Assembly: GCA_963765205.1 (NCBI GenBank) | Contig: CAVXVB010000007.1 | Coordinates: 64,001 to 128,000, forward strand | Source of the DNA: an uncultured Verrucomicrobiae bacterium | GTDB lineage: Bacteria > Verrucomicrobiota > Verrucomicrobiia > Opitutales > JABDGR01 | Length of the DNA: 64,000 nt | Direction: 5' to 3' | Shown: positions 20,321 to 30,372 of the stretch, piece after piece | Layout of the letters: each line of letters opens with the position of its first letter | How positions within the stretch are numbered: the stretch's first letter is position 1 | Translations under genes and position numbers: made by a program | Notes under the pieces: model-generated | Told to the model about the DNA's origin: nothing | The model's input: only the letters and a program-made list of their open reading frames with translations | Database searches by the model: none

Positions 20321-23003
20321 ATGAATTCTCATCCTAAAGAGATTCGCCTAGGCAAGGCCAAGCCGTATGACGTGATTGTCTGCGGGGCGGGTCATGCTGG
20401 GTGTGAGGCGGCGCTGGCGGCGGCACGGATGAGGGCCGATGTGCTGATGCTTTCGGGTAATGTAGACACGATTGCCCAGATGAGTTGCAACCCGGCGATT
20501 GGCGGCCAGGCGAAGGGGCATATGGTACGGGAGATTGATGCGCTGGGGGGCGAGATGGCGATCAACACGGATGTCACGGCGATTCAGTTTCGGTTGTTGA
20601 ACGCGTCGAAGGGGCCGGCGGTCCATGGGCCGCGGGCGCAGTGCGACAAGAAGGCTTACCAGTTTCGCATGAAGCATGTGCTGGAGTTGCAGGCGAACTT
20701 GACGCTGTTCCAAGCGGTGGTTACGGGGTTGATTTTTGAGGGCGGCGCGGTGGTGGGCGTGCGGACGAGCATGGATATCGAGTTTTATGGGCGGGCGGTG
20801 GTGGTGACGACGGGGACGTTTTTGCGGGGGTTGATGCACATCGGCCGCAACAAGAACGAGGGGGGCAGGCTGGGGGACTTTTCGTCCAAGAGCCTGTCTG
20901 CTAGTTTTCTGGAAGCGGGGATCGAGTTGGAGAGGCTGAAGACGGGGACGCCGCCGCGGATTTTGGGGTCGAGCATAGACTTTACGAAATGCCGCGAGCA
21001 GCCTGGGGATGTGGTGCCGACGCTGTTTGCTTTTTACGATACGCGATATGGGGTGGAGGGGGGAATGTTCCACGTGGAACATAAGGAGGGCAGAATGGAA
21101 GATGGAAAATGGAAAATGGAAGAAGAAGACCAGAACGCGACAATGGCGCGACGGGCAGAGGGCGAAGGGCGGGGAGCGGGGAGCGGGGAGCGGGGGAGGG
21201 AGGGAGCAGAGGAGCAAAGGAGCAGAGGAGCAGAGGCCCCACTTCGCCAAGGCTTCGAGGGGCAAGGCGAGGGGAAAGAGCAATACGGAACGTTCAACGC
21301 TCAACGTTTAACGTTTAACGCTCAAATGGAAGAGGGGACGGCTGTGGAAGGGGCGGAGGGCGAAGGGAGGAATGTGGAAGGTGGAATGGAAGATGGAAAA
21401 TGGACAATGGAAGAAAGTTGCCCTAGAGCAGAAGGGAATGAGAGCAAAGAGGGTGGGGCGAAGGACAACCGGGCAGCCTACTCCCGACTCCTGACTTCTG
21501 ATTCCCTGGCACCAATTCCAAAATCTACCCCTCACCCTTCATTCTCCACATTATCCGCCGCCCTTCGCGTAATGTTCCACGTGGAACATCGGGCGGGGCA
21601 GACTTTGCTGGGCTGGAGGCCGGGGGAGAGCCAGGTGTCGTGCTGGATGACGGATACGAGCGTGGAGACGGCGCAGATTGTGCGGGAGAACCTGCATTTG
21701 TCGGCGATGTATGCGGGGGAGATTGCGGGGGTGGGGCCGCGGTATTGTCCGTCCATCGAGGACAAGTTTGTGAGATTTAGTGATAAAACATCCCATCGCC
21801 TTTTCCTGGAGCCGGAGGGGCGGCACACGGACGAGTGGTATATCAACGGGTTGTCCACCTCGCTGCCGTTCGAGGTGCAGTTGCGGGTGCTGCACAGCAT
21901 CCCGGGGCTGGAGCGGGCGGCGATGATGCGGCCGGCTTACGCGGTGGAATACGACTTTGCGCCGCCGACGCAGTTGCAGCCGTCGCTGGAGTCGAAGAAG
22001 GTGGCGCGGCTGTTTTTCGCGGGGCAGATCAACGGCACGTCGGGCTACGAGGAGGCGGCGGCGCAGGGGTTGGTGGCGGGGATCAACGCGGTGCTGCGGG
22101 TGCGGGGCGAGGCGCCGTTCATTCTCGGGCGGCACGAGGCCTATATCGGCGTGCTGGTGGACGATTTGGTGACGAAGGGCACGTCGGAGCCATATCGGAT
22201 GTTCACGAGCCGGGCAGAGCATCGGCTGCTGTTCAACCACGGGAGCGCGGAGCTGCGGTTGGTCGAGCACGCGGCGCGACATGGGCTGGTGCCGGCGGAG
22301 CGGTTGGCGCGGATGCGGGAGAAGGCGCGGTTGGTGGAGCAGTGGACGGCGGCGCTGGAGACGGAGCGGGTGAAGGGCGGGAGTGTGGGCGATTGGCTGC
22401 GCAAGCAGGGAGCGGGGAGCGGGGAGCAAGAGGGAGGAAGAATGGAAGATGGAAAATGGAAGATGGAAAAAACGGGCGAAGAGCGAGGGGCGAAAAGAGA
22501 GGGAACGAACGCTCAACGTTCAACGTTTAACGCTTAACACTCAAGTGGAAGAGGGGAAGGGTGCGGAAGGGGCAAAGGGCGAAGGGCGCAAAGGAGAAGA
22601 TGTTAACCACGGAGGGCACGGAGAACACGGAGGAGGAAATGAAAGGGCAGAGACCCCACTTCGCCAAGGCTGCGAGGGGCAAGGGGGGATTTTGCCGGCG
22701 GAGTTTTTGGCGTTGGCTGCGGCGGTGCGCGAGGAGGTGGTGTATCGCGTGCGGTATCGGGGGTATCGGGAGCGGGAGATGCGGCAGATCGAGAAGATGC
22801 GTCACTTGGAAAATGTGCGGTTGCCGGCGGATTTGGATTATGGCGCGGTGCCGGGATTGCGCGCGGAGAGCCGGCAGAAGCTGGCGTTGGTGCGGCCGGC
22901 GACGCTGGCGCAGGCGCAGCGGATCAGCGGGGTGGGGCCGGCGGATGTGTCGTTGTTGCTCGTTGCCCTGAGGGGCAAAGGGACAGAGGGACAAAGGCAC
23001 TGA
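20321..23003 (+). CDS. mnmG: tRNA uridine modification enzyme MnmG (GidA) with two repeat-derived insertions; +1 frameshift within the second
   Basis: [67 protein letters not shown]; the C-terminal YRGY...[10 protein letters not shown] lies in ORF 22383-23003. Confidence 0.95.
21066..21081. promoter_or_regulatory. parS site 1
   Basis: TGTTCCACGTGGAACA, a perfect palindrome matching the widespread parS consensus. Confidence 0.85.
21083..21570 (+). repeat. In-frame mosaic insertion 1 in mnmG
   Basis: Modules (ATGGAAA)n, (GGGGAGC)n, (GGAGCAGA)n, (TCAACGT/TTAACGT)n, (CTCCTGA)n and a CTTCGCCAAGGCT.CG module; frame stays open throughout. Confidence 0.85.
21573..21588. promoter_or_regulatory. parS site 2
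   Basis: Identical TGTTCCACGTGGAACA, 507 bp downstream of site 1. Confidence 0.85.
22405..22690 (+). repeat. Mosaic insertion 2 in mnmG
   Basis: Largely the same modules as insertion 1 in a different order, plus a 9-mer ACCACGGAG module; contains the frame break. Confidence 0.8.
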
Positions 23004-23164
23004 GGGGGAGCGGAGAGATGATTCACCGCAAAGGCGCGAAGAGCGCGGAGGGTCTACGGTCAAAGGCCCGCCTTGCCAGGGTCTTTCTATTTGACCCCCA
23101 ACCAAAATCGCCGTCAAATCAAGGCGGCTTCCAAGTTAAAAAAATCGCGCCAACCTAATCTGCC

Positions 23165-23924
23165 ATGGATGAACCAATGCCAAAGTTGAAAAACGCGCCA
23201 ATTATTGAAGCGGTGCTCGACATTGATTGTGACATGCCGCCGGGGCAAGAAATTTCGACCTTGGAAGCATCCGCGCGGGCGTCATTCCAACCGCAATATC
23301 CGAAATTCCAAACTATTTTCAATCAAGAACTCCGTCTGGAGCCGAAACTGGGAGCACCAGCACAAGTGTCCACCCTGCACAAAATGCAAGGCCTTCAATT
23401 CCTGCAAGACGATGGGCGGCAACTCGTGCAGGTGCGAACGCAAGGCTTTTCCTTCAATCGCCTTGCCCCCTATTCCACGCTGGATGATTATTTGCAGGAA
23501 ATGGAACGAACCTGGAATCTGTTCGTCAAGCTTGCCTCACCCGTTCAAGTCCGGGTGATTTCGGCTACGATATATCAACCGCATCTTGTTGCCCAAGCCG
23601 GGTGTAAAAGTTCAGCTCGATGACTATCTCAAGATTGGCCCGCACTTGCCCGATGAAGAGAAATTTGAGCTTATCGGCTTTCTCCATCAACATGCCGCCG
23701 TCGAAGTGGAGACCAAGAATCAAGTGAACATAATTCTGGCGGCTCAACCTCCAGAAAACGATATGCTTCCGTTGATTTTTGATATAACTGCGGCAAGCGC
23801 GACAACGCAGGAACCCGGCAATTGGGCTGCAATCGCCGAAAAAATCCAGTCATTAAGACACTTGAAAAACCGGGTTTTTAGAAATACAATTACTGAAAAA
23901 TGTATCAGCCTATTTCAACAATAA
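23165..23924 (+). CDS. TIGR04255-family protein (frameshift near 23565)
   Basis: LKNAPIIEAVLDI N-terminus, LVQVRTQGFSFNRL.PY, RYINRI after the frame change, LIFDI; ORFs 23165-23623 plus 23586-23924. Confidence 0.75.
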
Positions 23925-24427
23925 GCGTTTTAGCCGGATTTACCGCTTTCCATGCGATGGGTGGGGAGGGCAGCGCCATTTCGCCTGCGGCCAAGGAGAT
24001 CAATCGGGCGGCCACCGCCATCGTGGCCGCCATGGAACAATCGCAAGCGCAATTCGGGGCGAAGGCCGAAGCAATTTCGCGTTTGATGATGCTGGCCGAT
24101 GAGTATGCCATGGATGAAACAATTGCCATCCATCCACGGACCATTTTGACCGCAGAATGCTTTCTGCGCGCGTTGCCTGACTTTTTACCGTTGCCGGAAT
24201 TTTCTGTTGAACCCGACGGGGCCATTTCCTTGGACTGGATTGAATCGCGCAACCGTCTCTTTTCTTTGAGCGTGGGCGCAAACAATCGGTTGGCTTATGC
24301 GTGGCTGGACGGAACGGATCGAGGCCACGGGGTCGCACGTTTCGATGGTCAGCAAATCCCGATGCGCGTCATTGAAGGCATCATCGCGATTACGAAAAAT
24401 GAAAACGCTTCCTTCCGGGCTGCCTGA
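23900..24427 (+). CDS. Hypothetical protein (middle gene of the TIGR04255 cassette)
   Basis: Overlaps both neighbours; LPLPEFSVEPDGAISLDW motif; lower GC. Confidence 0.7.
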   Translation: MYQPISTISVLAGFTAFHAMGGEGSAISPAAKEINRAATAIVAAMEQSQAQFGAKAEAISRLMMLADEYAMDETIAIHPRTILTAECFLRALPDFLPLPEFSVEPDGAISLDWIESRNRLFSLSVGANNRLAYAWLDGTDRGHGVARFDGQQIPMRVIEGIIAITKNENASFRAA

Positions 24428-24812
24428 ACAGGTCACTGACGAGGAGGATCTTGCGCGGTTTCTCACGTCGTCAAGCCAGTTCAATTCAAAGATGGTCAAA
24501 CCATCCGTCTTTTTGCCTGAACCGATTGCGCAAGAAACCTCTGTTTTTCGCCATGGGAGCGAACCCCAAGAAGGCCTATGGGCGATTGGCTACGAATATG
24601 CGGCACAGGACCGTATCCTCCACGGAGCCGCAATTATTAAGGCCCGCGAAGTTAGAATTATCCAACTTGAGGTGATGGCATACGAACCGCCGCCGCTGCA
24701 TCCGGCAATAAGAAATTGGCCTTGGGTCGACAATGATCCTGTAATGCAAAAGGCGCGGCAAAAAGAATTGGCGAATCTACTCGCAAACAAAGCCCAGCTT
24801 TCGAAAAAATGA
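24399..24812 (+). CDS. Hypothetical protein, possibly ADP-ribosyltransferase-fold toxin
   Basis: 137 aa with LARF...VFLP...TSVFR...HGAAII...EPPPLHPAI pattern; fold assignment is inference. Confidence 0.6.
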   Translation: MKTLPSGLPEQVTDEEDLARFLTSSSQFNSKMVKPSVFLPEPIAQETSVFRHGSEPQEGLWAIGYEYAAQDRILHGAAIIKAREVRIIQLEVMAYEPPPLHPAIRNWPWVDNDPVMQKARQKELANLLANKAQLSKK

Positions 24813-24855
24813 CCGTTAGAGGATGAAACTTTAAATCGCAAGAAGTGCCGCATAT

Positions 24856-25668
24856 ATGAACATCCTCTGTCTCGACATTGGCAATACGCGGGCGCATGCG
24901 GGGGTGGTGCGCGGGGGGAGGCTGGAGTGGCAGTGCGCGGTGCCGACGCGGTTGATCGCGGATCCGGTGGCGGGGTTGGGGCCGCGGTTCGCGGAGTTGG
25001 CGGGGGGGCCTCATACGCCGGCGGGGGTGGCGTATTGTTCGGTGGTGCCGGCGGCGACGGCGGTGGTGGAGCCTTTATTGGCGGCGACGGGGTGGCCGTT
25101 GTTTCATTTGACGTGGCGGGAGTGCGCGGTGCTGGGGTTGCCGATTGATTATCCGCACCCGGAGCAGATTGGCGAGGATCGGCTGGCGCTGGCGATCGGG
25201 ACGCTGGCGGCGTATGGCGCGCCGGCGGTGGCGATTGATTTGGGCACGGCGGTGACGTTTGACGTGATCAATGCGCGGGGGGCGTATGCGGGGGGGATTA
25301 TCGCGCCGGGGTTGGCGTTGATGACGCGTTATTTGCACGAGCAGACGGCGTTGCTGCCGGAGCTGGACCCCAATGATTTGGTGGTGTCGGCGGGGATTGG
25401 GACGAGCACGGTGGAGGCGATGAAGATTGGGTGCGCGACGGGGTTTGCGGGGATGATTCGGGCGATTTTGGACCGCTTGCTCGAGGAGATGCGGCGGCGG
25501 GGGGAGGGTCATGCGCGGGTGGTGGCGACGGGGGGGAGCGCGGGGTTGTTGCCGCGGGCGTGGCTGGGGGAGATCGAGTTTGACCCGGATTTGTTGTTGA
25601 AGGGGTTGGCGGTGGGGTGGGAACGGAAGAAGAAGTTAGAAGCCAGAGCATTTTCAAAAATAGTGTAG
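24856..25668 (+). CDS. coaX: Type III pantothenate kinase
   Basis: LDIGNTR, IGEDRL, IDLGTAVTFD, GGIIAPG, VVATGG, DPDLLLKGL; last codons are supplied by the IS630 left end. Confidence 0.93.
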   Translation: MNILCLDIGNTRAHAGVVRGGRLEWQCAVPTRLIADPVAGLGPRFAELAGGPHTPAGVAYCSVVPAATAVVEPLLAATGWPLFHLTWRECAVLGLPIDYPHPEQIGEDRLALAIGTLAAYGAPAVAIDLGTAVTFDVINARGAYAGGIIAPGLALMTRYLHEQTALLPELDPNDLVVSAGIGTSTVEAMKIGCATGFAGMIRAILDRLLEEMRRRGEGHARVVATGGSAGLLPRAWLGEIEFDPDLLLKGLAVGWERKKKLEARAFSKIV

Positions 25669-26626
25669 CCATTTGGCAGGGAAGCTGCTACAGTTTGGGA
25701 GATGAAAACCACCTCGTTGGATTTGCGGGAACGCATCCTCGCCGCGTATGACGCGGACGAAGGCCCGCGGGCGGAGGTCGCTTGGCGGTTTCGGGTGTCG
25801 CTGGGCTTGGTCAAGAAGCTGTTGCAGCAACGTCGGCGCAGGGGGGCGACGGCCCCCAGCACCACCGCAGCGGGCGCAAGCCGCGCCTGCGCGAACAACA
25901 CCGTCAGCGCCTGCGGCGGTTGGTCGCCGAGAAGCCTGACCGCACCTTGCGCGAATTGCGGGAGGCGTTGGGCCTGGACTGCGCGCTGCCGACGATCCAT
26001 TACGCCCTGGCCGCGCTGGGCCTGACCTATAAAAAAAACGCTGCGCGCCGCCGAGCAAGAGCGGCCCGACCTCGCGCGGTTGCGGCGACGGTGGGTGCGG
26101 CGCCAACGCGGCTGGGATCCCGCGCGGCTGGTCTTCCTTGATGAATCGGCCGCCAAGACGAACATGACACGTTTGCACGGACGGGCTCCGCGCGGCCAGC
26201 GGTTGCGGGCGAAGTGCCCGCACGGACACTGGCGCACCACCACGATGCTCTCCTCCATCCGGCTGGACGGTTCGACCGCCTGCCTGACCATCGAGGCGGC
26301 CACCGACACCGACGTTTTGCGAAATCCTCGCCCCCGCGCTGCGTCCCGGCGACGTGGTGGTCCTGGACAACCTCAGCCCCCACAAAAACGACCACACCCT
26401 CGCGCTGATCCGCGCTGCCGGCGCGAGCGTCGAGTTCCTGCCCGCCTACTCGCCCGACTTTAACCCCATCGAACGGATGGGGAGCAAAGTCAAGGCCAGC
26501 CTGCGCGCCGCCGCGGCCCGCACCGCGGCTGACTTGTTCGCCGCCATCGGACGGGCCCTGCGCCAAGTCACCGCCGCCGCCCATTGGTTTGCCCACTGCG
26601 GCTACAGTTTTGTCTAAAATGATCTA
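25644..26626 (+). mobile_element. IS630-family insertion sequence, degenerate
   Basis: Transposase fragments (SLDLRERI, FLDES, VVLDNLSPHK, FLPAYSPDFNPIE), A-run at the usual YKK frameshift site plus extra shifts; imperfect terminal inverted repeats 25643-25670 and 26600-26627 (21/28 match); right end abuts TA. Confidence 0.9.
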
Positions 26627-26878
26627 GGAGTTAGAAGTTAGAATCAAGGCGTCGGCGACGGAGGGGCCGAGGCAAATTGCTGAATTCTGAATGCTGATTG
26701 CTGAATATTCAACAAGCTCAATTTCGACCGGGTTTAGTTAAAGCTGGACAATATGATTTTCGCCTCAGTTCGGCATCCTCAGTCGCCTCAGTGGCCTCAG
26801 TCGCTTATAGTCACTTGCCTTCCCGCCCGTAAATCGCGTATATCTTGCGCTTCCGCGGTTTGGTCCGCTGGGTTTCCC

Positions 26879-27982
26879 ATGTCTGTCGCAATGTCCAACC
26901 CACCTTCTGCCAGCCCGCCGGCTGGGATATTGCCGCTGGTTGCGCCGGGGGTGGTGGGCAATGGCGCCGGTGCGAAGAACGGCGCGACAGCGGCGACGCC
27001 GAGTTTGCAGGCGATTGACTTGAACAAGGATTATGGGACGATTCGCGCGGTGCAGAATTTGAATTTTACGGTGGCGCGGGGGGAGATTGTGGGTTTTCTG
27101 GGGCTGAATGGGGCGGGGAAGAGCACGACGATGCGGATTTTCGCGGGGTTGTTGTCGGCGACTTCGGGGCGGGCGTATGTGGCGGGGATTCCGGTGGCGC
27201 GTTACCCGGAGGAGGCGAAGCGGCACCTGGGCTACATGCCGGAGCACAACCCGTTGCCGGACGACATGCGGGTGAGCGAATACCTGCACTTCCGCGCGCG
27301 GTTGAAGGAAATCCCGCGCAAGCAGATCAAGGGGCGGGTCGAGGAGGTGATTGAGGCGTGCGGGTTGCAGCACAAGACGCAGCGCAAGTTGATTGGGATG
27401 TTGTCGAAGGGCTACCGGCAGCGGGTGGGGATCGCGGATGCGATTCTGGCCAAGCCGGAGGTGATTTTGATGGATGAGCCGACGATTGGGCTGGATCCGG
27501 TGCAAATTCAGAGCATCCGGCGGCTGATTGATTCGTTGCGCGGGCAGTTGACGGTGTTGATTTCGAGCCATATTTTGCCGGAGATTGAATTGTGCTGCGA
27601 CCGCATGATGATCATCAACCAGGGGCGGCTGGTGGCGGCGGGGACGTTGAAGAGCCTGCGGCGGGAATTTTTCACGCGGGCGGCGTGGCGGCTGCGGCTC
27701 AGCGGGGATGTGGGGGCGTTCGAGCGGTTGCTGCCGGAGGTGAATCCGGCGCTGCGGCTGGCGGCGTGCTCGGCGGCGGACGGCGAGGGCTTTGTGGATT
27801 TGCGGCTGGAGGGGCCGATGGATGATGCGGGGTTGGGCGAGGCGCTGCTGGGGGCGGTGATGCGGCGGGGTGGTTGGCGGGTGCGCGAGTTCGCGCATAT
27901 CCAACCGGGGCTGGAGGAAATTTTCCTGGCGGCGACGAAGACGAGCCAGGATGCGTTGACGCCGTTGGCGGCGCTCAAATAA
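26879..27982 (+). CDS. ABC transporter ATP-binding protein (GldA-like)
   Basis: GLNGAGKST, LSKGYRQRVG, DEPTIGLDP, SSHIL. Confidence 0.92.
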   Translation: MSVAMSNPPSASPPAGILPLVAPGVVGNGAGAKNGATAATPSLQAIDLNKDYGTIRAVQNLNFTVARGEIVGFLGLNGAGKSTTMRIFAGLLSATSGRAYVAGIPVARYPEEAKRHLGYMPEHNPLPDDMRVSEYLHFRARLKEIPRKQIKGRVEEVIEACGLQHKTQRKLIGMLSKGYRQRVGIADAILAKPEVILMDEPTIGLDPVQIQSIRRLIDSLRGQLTVLISSHILPEIELCCDRMMIINQGRLVAAGTLKSLRREFFTRAAWRLRLSGDVGAFERLLPEVNPALRLAACSAADGEGFVDLRLEGPMDDAGLGEALLGAVMRRGGWRVREFAHIQPGLEEIFLAATKTSQDALTPLAALK

Positions 27983-27991
27983 TTTATTGTC

Positions 27992-28758
27992 ATGCGCCAT
28001 TTTCCATTATTGTTAGCGCATGAACTGCGGATGCTGGCCGTGTCGGTGGCGACGTATAGCGCGGCGGTGCTGTTCCTGCTGGTGATGGGCTTCTTCTATT
28101 ACTGGGTGCTGTATAATTACGACGCGGCGTTCCAGAGCGATCCGCCGGCGACGCTGTACTTCTCGATTTTCTACATTCCGGTTTTCTTTGTGGTGCCGCT
28201 GCTGACGATGAAGAGCCTGGCGGAGGAGCGGCGGTTTGGCACTTTGGAGACGATGCTGACGACGCCGGCCTCGACGATTGAAATTGTGCTGGCGAAATAT
28301 TTCGCGGCGTATTTTTTCTATGTGGCGCTGTGGGCGCTGACGCTGATTTTCCCGTGGATCGCGATCCGATACCTGCACGCGACGGACCGAATTCGCCGCT
28401 GCGGGACGTGGCGTCGCTGACGGGGGGCTTCCTGTTTGTGTGCAGCAGCGGGCTGTTGTATATCGCGCTGGGGATTTTCGCGAGCAGCCTGACGCGCAAC
28501 ACGCTGGTGGCGGGGATGCTGTCGTTCAGCCTGCTGCTGGTGCTGATTGTGAGCGGGAATTTGCTGCAGCATTGGTCGTTGCAGGGCGCGTGGCTGTCGC
28601 ACCTGCAGCCGGCGGTGGATTATTTGCAGGTATTCCGGCATCTGGACGACTTCACCCGGGGGGTGGTGGACACGCGGCCGTTCTTTCTCTACGCGAGCAA
28701 CACGCTGCTGGTGCTGGGCGTGACGACCCTGGTGGTCGAGGCGCGCGCGACGGCGTGA
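27992..28758 (+). CDS. ABC-2 permease (GldF-like; frameshift near 28390)
   Basis: LTMKSLAEERRFGTLETMLTTP...LAKY, FASSLTRN, HLDDFTRGVVD across ORFs 27992-28420 and 28330-28758. Confidence 0.85.
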
Positions 28759-28791
28759 CGGCCGGCCGATATTACAAAATATTTTAATCCC

Positions 28792-30330
28792 ATGTTCGCG
28801 CGCCTGGAAGAATTTCGTTTTGCCCGCTGGGTGAAAAGCCTCAACCGGGCCACCCAGATCCTGCTCGGCCTGACGCTGGTGGGGACGCTGAATTATGTGG
28901 CGGCGCAGCATTACGAGCGGTGGGATTTGACGCCGGACCGGCATTTTTCGCTGGGGCCGGAGACGCTGGCCTACCTGCAGCAGAAGGTGCCGCACACGCC
29001 GGACGCGCCGCTGCAGATCATTTCGATATTGCCGGAAGACGCGTCGGACAGCACGCTGGTGAGCAACAAGCAGATTGACCGGCTGCTGGATGAATATGGC
29101 GAGGCGGGCAAGAAGGCGGGCATCCCACTGGAGATCAACCCGCGGCCGGGCGACCCGGGCAACCATCTGGCGCTCAACCCGCTGGTCGAGACGGCGCGCT
29201 ACGAGGATTTGCTGCGCCTGGGCATCCCGCCCTACACGCGCGTTCTGGTCATGCGGGGCGAGCATTTCCACGCGCTGAACAATGCGGATCTTTACGACAC
29301 GAAGACGACGGCGGAGGGCCAGCCGACGCCAACGGGCTTCAACGGGGAGAACGCGATCACGTCGGCGATTCTGGATGTAATCCAGACCGAGCCGGACGAA
29401 ATTTATTTCACGCAGGGGCATGGCGAGCTGGACTTCACCAGCACGGACAAAATTTACGGCTTGTCGGGCTTGAATGAGTTTCTCACCAAGCGGAATTTTG
29501 CGCTCAAGGGGATCAATCTGCTGGGGGACAAGACGGACATCCCGGAGAAGGCGAAGCTGGTGGTGATCGCCGATCCCAACCGCCCGTTCAATGAATTGGA
29601 AATCGAGAAGCTGCGGAAATACCTGGGCCAGCGCAACGGGCGGGTGCTGATTTTCATGGATCCGGGCCGGAACGCCGGGCTGGAGGGCTTGCTGCATGAC
29701 TGGGGCCTGCACGCGACGGACCGGCTGGTGGTGGAAGACACGGCGCACTCAACGGCCGATTACGGGACGATCATTGACCCGTCGGATCATCCCAGCCCGA
29801 ACCCGATGGTGCGCTTTGCGGCGATGAGCAACCATCAGATCACGCTGTTGTTTGGGCCAACGCGGCCGGTTGAAGTGGACCAGACGACGCCGGACGAGCA
29901 GCAGCAGCAGGTGACGCAACTGTTGTTCAGTTCCAAGCAAGCCATCGTGTTCAAGGATTGGACGGGGCCGAGCGGGCCGCAACCCAGCCCGCAGGACACG
30001 GTTGGCTCGGTGTCGGTGGCGGCGTTGTCCGAACAGCACGCGAATGGCACGGCGGATTTGCCGGGCGGGCGGTTGATGGTGGTGGGAGATGCCTTTGTGC
30101 TGATGAATAAATACTCGGGCCAGTCGGGCAACCCGGATTTGCTTTTGAATTGCTTCAACTACCTCACGAGCCGCGATAACCTGCTGAACATCCACCCGCG
30201 GCTGCCGGTGCAGTCGAAGCTGGAGATCAGCAGCGCGCGCTATGTGGGGCTGGCGTGGCGGCTGGGCCTGGTGCCGGCCGCGGTGGCGCTGTTGGGGCTG
30301 ATGGTTTTCTGGGTGCGCAACCGCACTTGA
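28792..30330 (+). CDS. GldG-family ABC auxiliary protein
   Basis: RWDLT...FSL..ET, FNGENAITSAI, IYFTQGHGE, N- and C-terminal TM helices. Confidence 0.85.
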   Translation: MFARLEEFRFARWVKSLNRATQILLGLTLVGTLNYVAAQHYERWDLTPDRHFSLGPETLAYLQQKVPHTPDAPLQIISILPEDASDSTLVSNKQIDRLLDEYGEAGKKAGIPLEINPRPGDPGNHLALNPLVETARYEDLLRLGIPPYTRVLVMRGEHFHALNNADLYDTKTTAEGQPTPTGFNGENAITSAILDVIQTEPDEIYFTQGHGELDFTSTDKIYGLSGLNEFLTKRNFALKGINLLGDKTDIPEKAKLVVIADPNRPFNELEIEKLRKYLGQRNGRVLIFMDPGRNAGLEGLLHDWGLHATDRLVVEDTAHSTADYGTIIDPSDHPSPNPMVRFAAMSNHQITLLFGPTRPVEVDQTTPDEQQQQVTQLLFSSKQAIVFKDWTGPSGPQPSPQDTVGSVSVAALSEQHANGTADLPGGRLMVVGDAFVLMNKYSGQSGNPDLLLNCFNYLTSRDNLLNIHPRLPVQSKLEISSARYVGLAWRLGLVPAAVALLGLMVFWVRNRT

Positions 30331-30372
30331 ATTCCGGAGTGAATCCCTGCACCTTTTTCCCCATCCGCCGCC

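Noticed and set aside
21083..21570. Intein or self-splicing intron in mnmG (also considered for mnmE and uvrA)
   Set aside because: No Cys/Ser start with His-Asn end, no homing endonuclease motif and no recognisable group I/II core; the inserts are low-complexity repeat mosaics.
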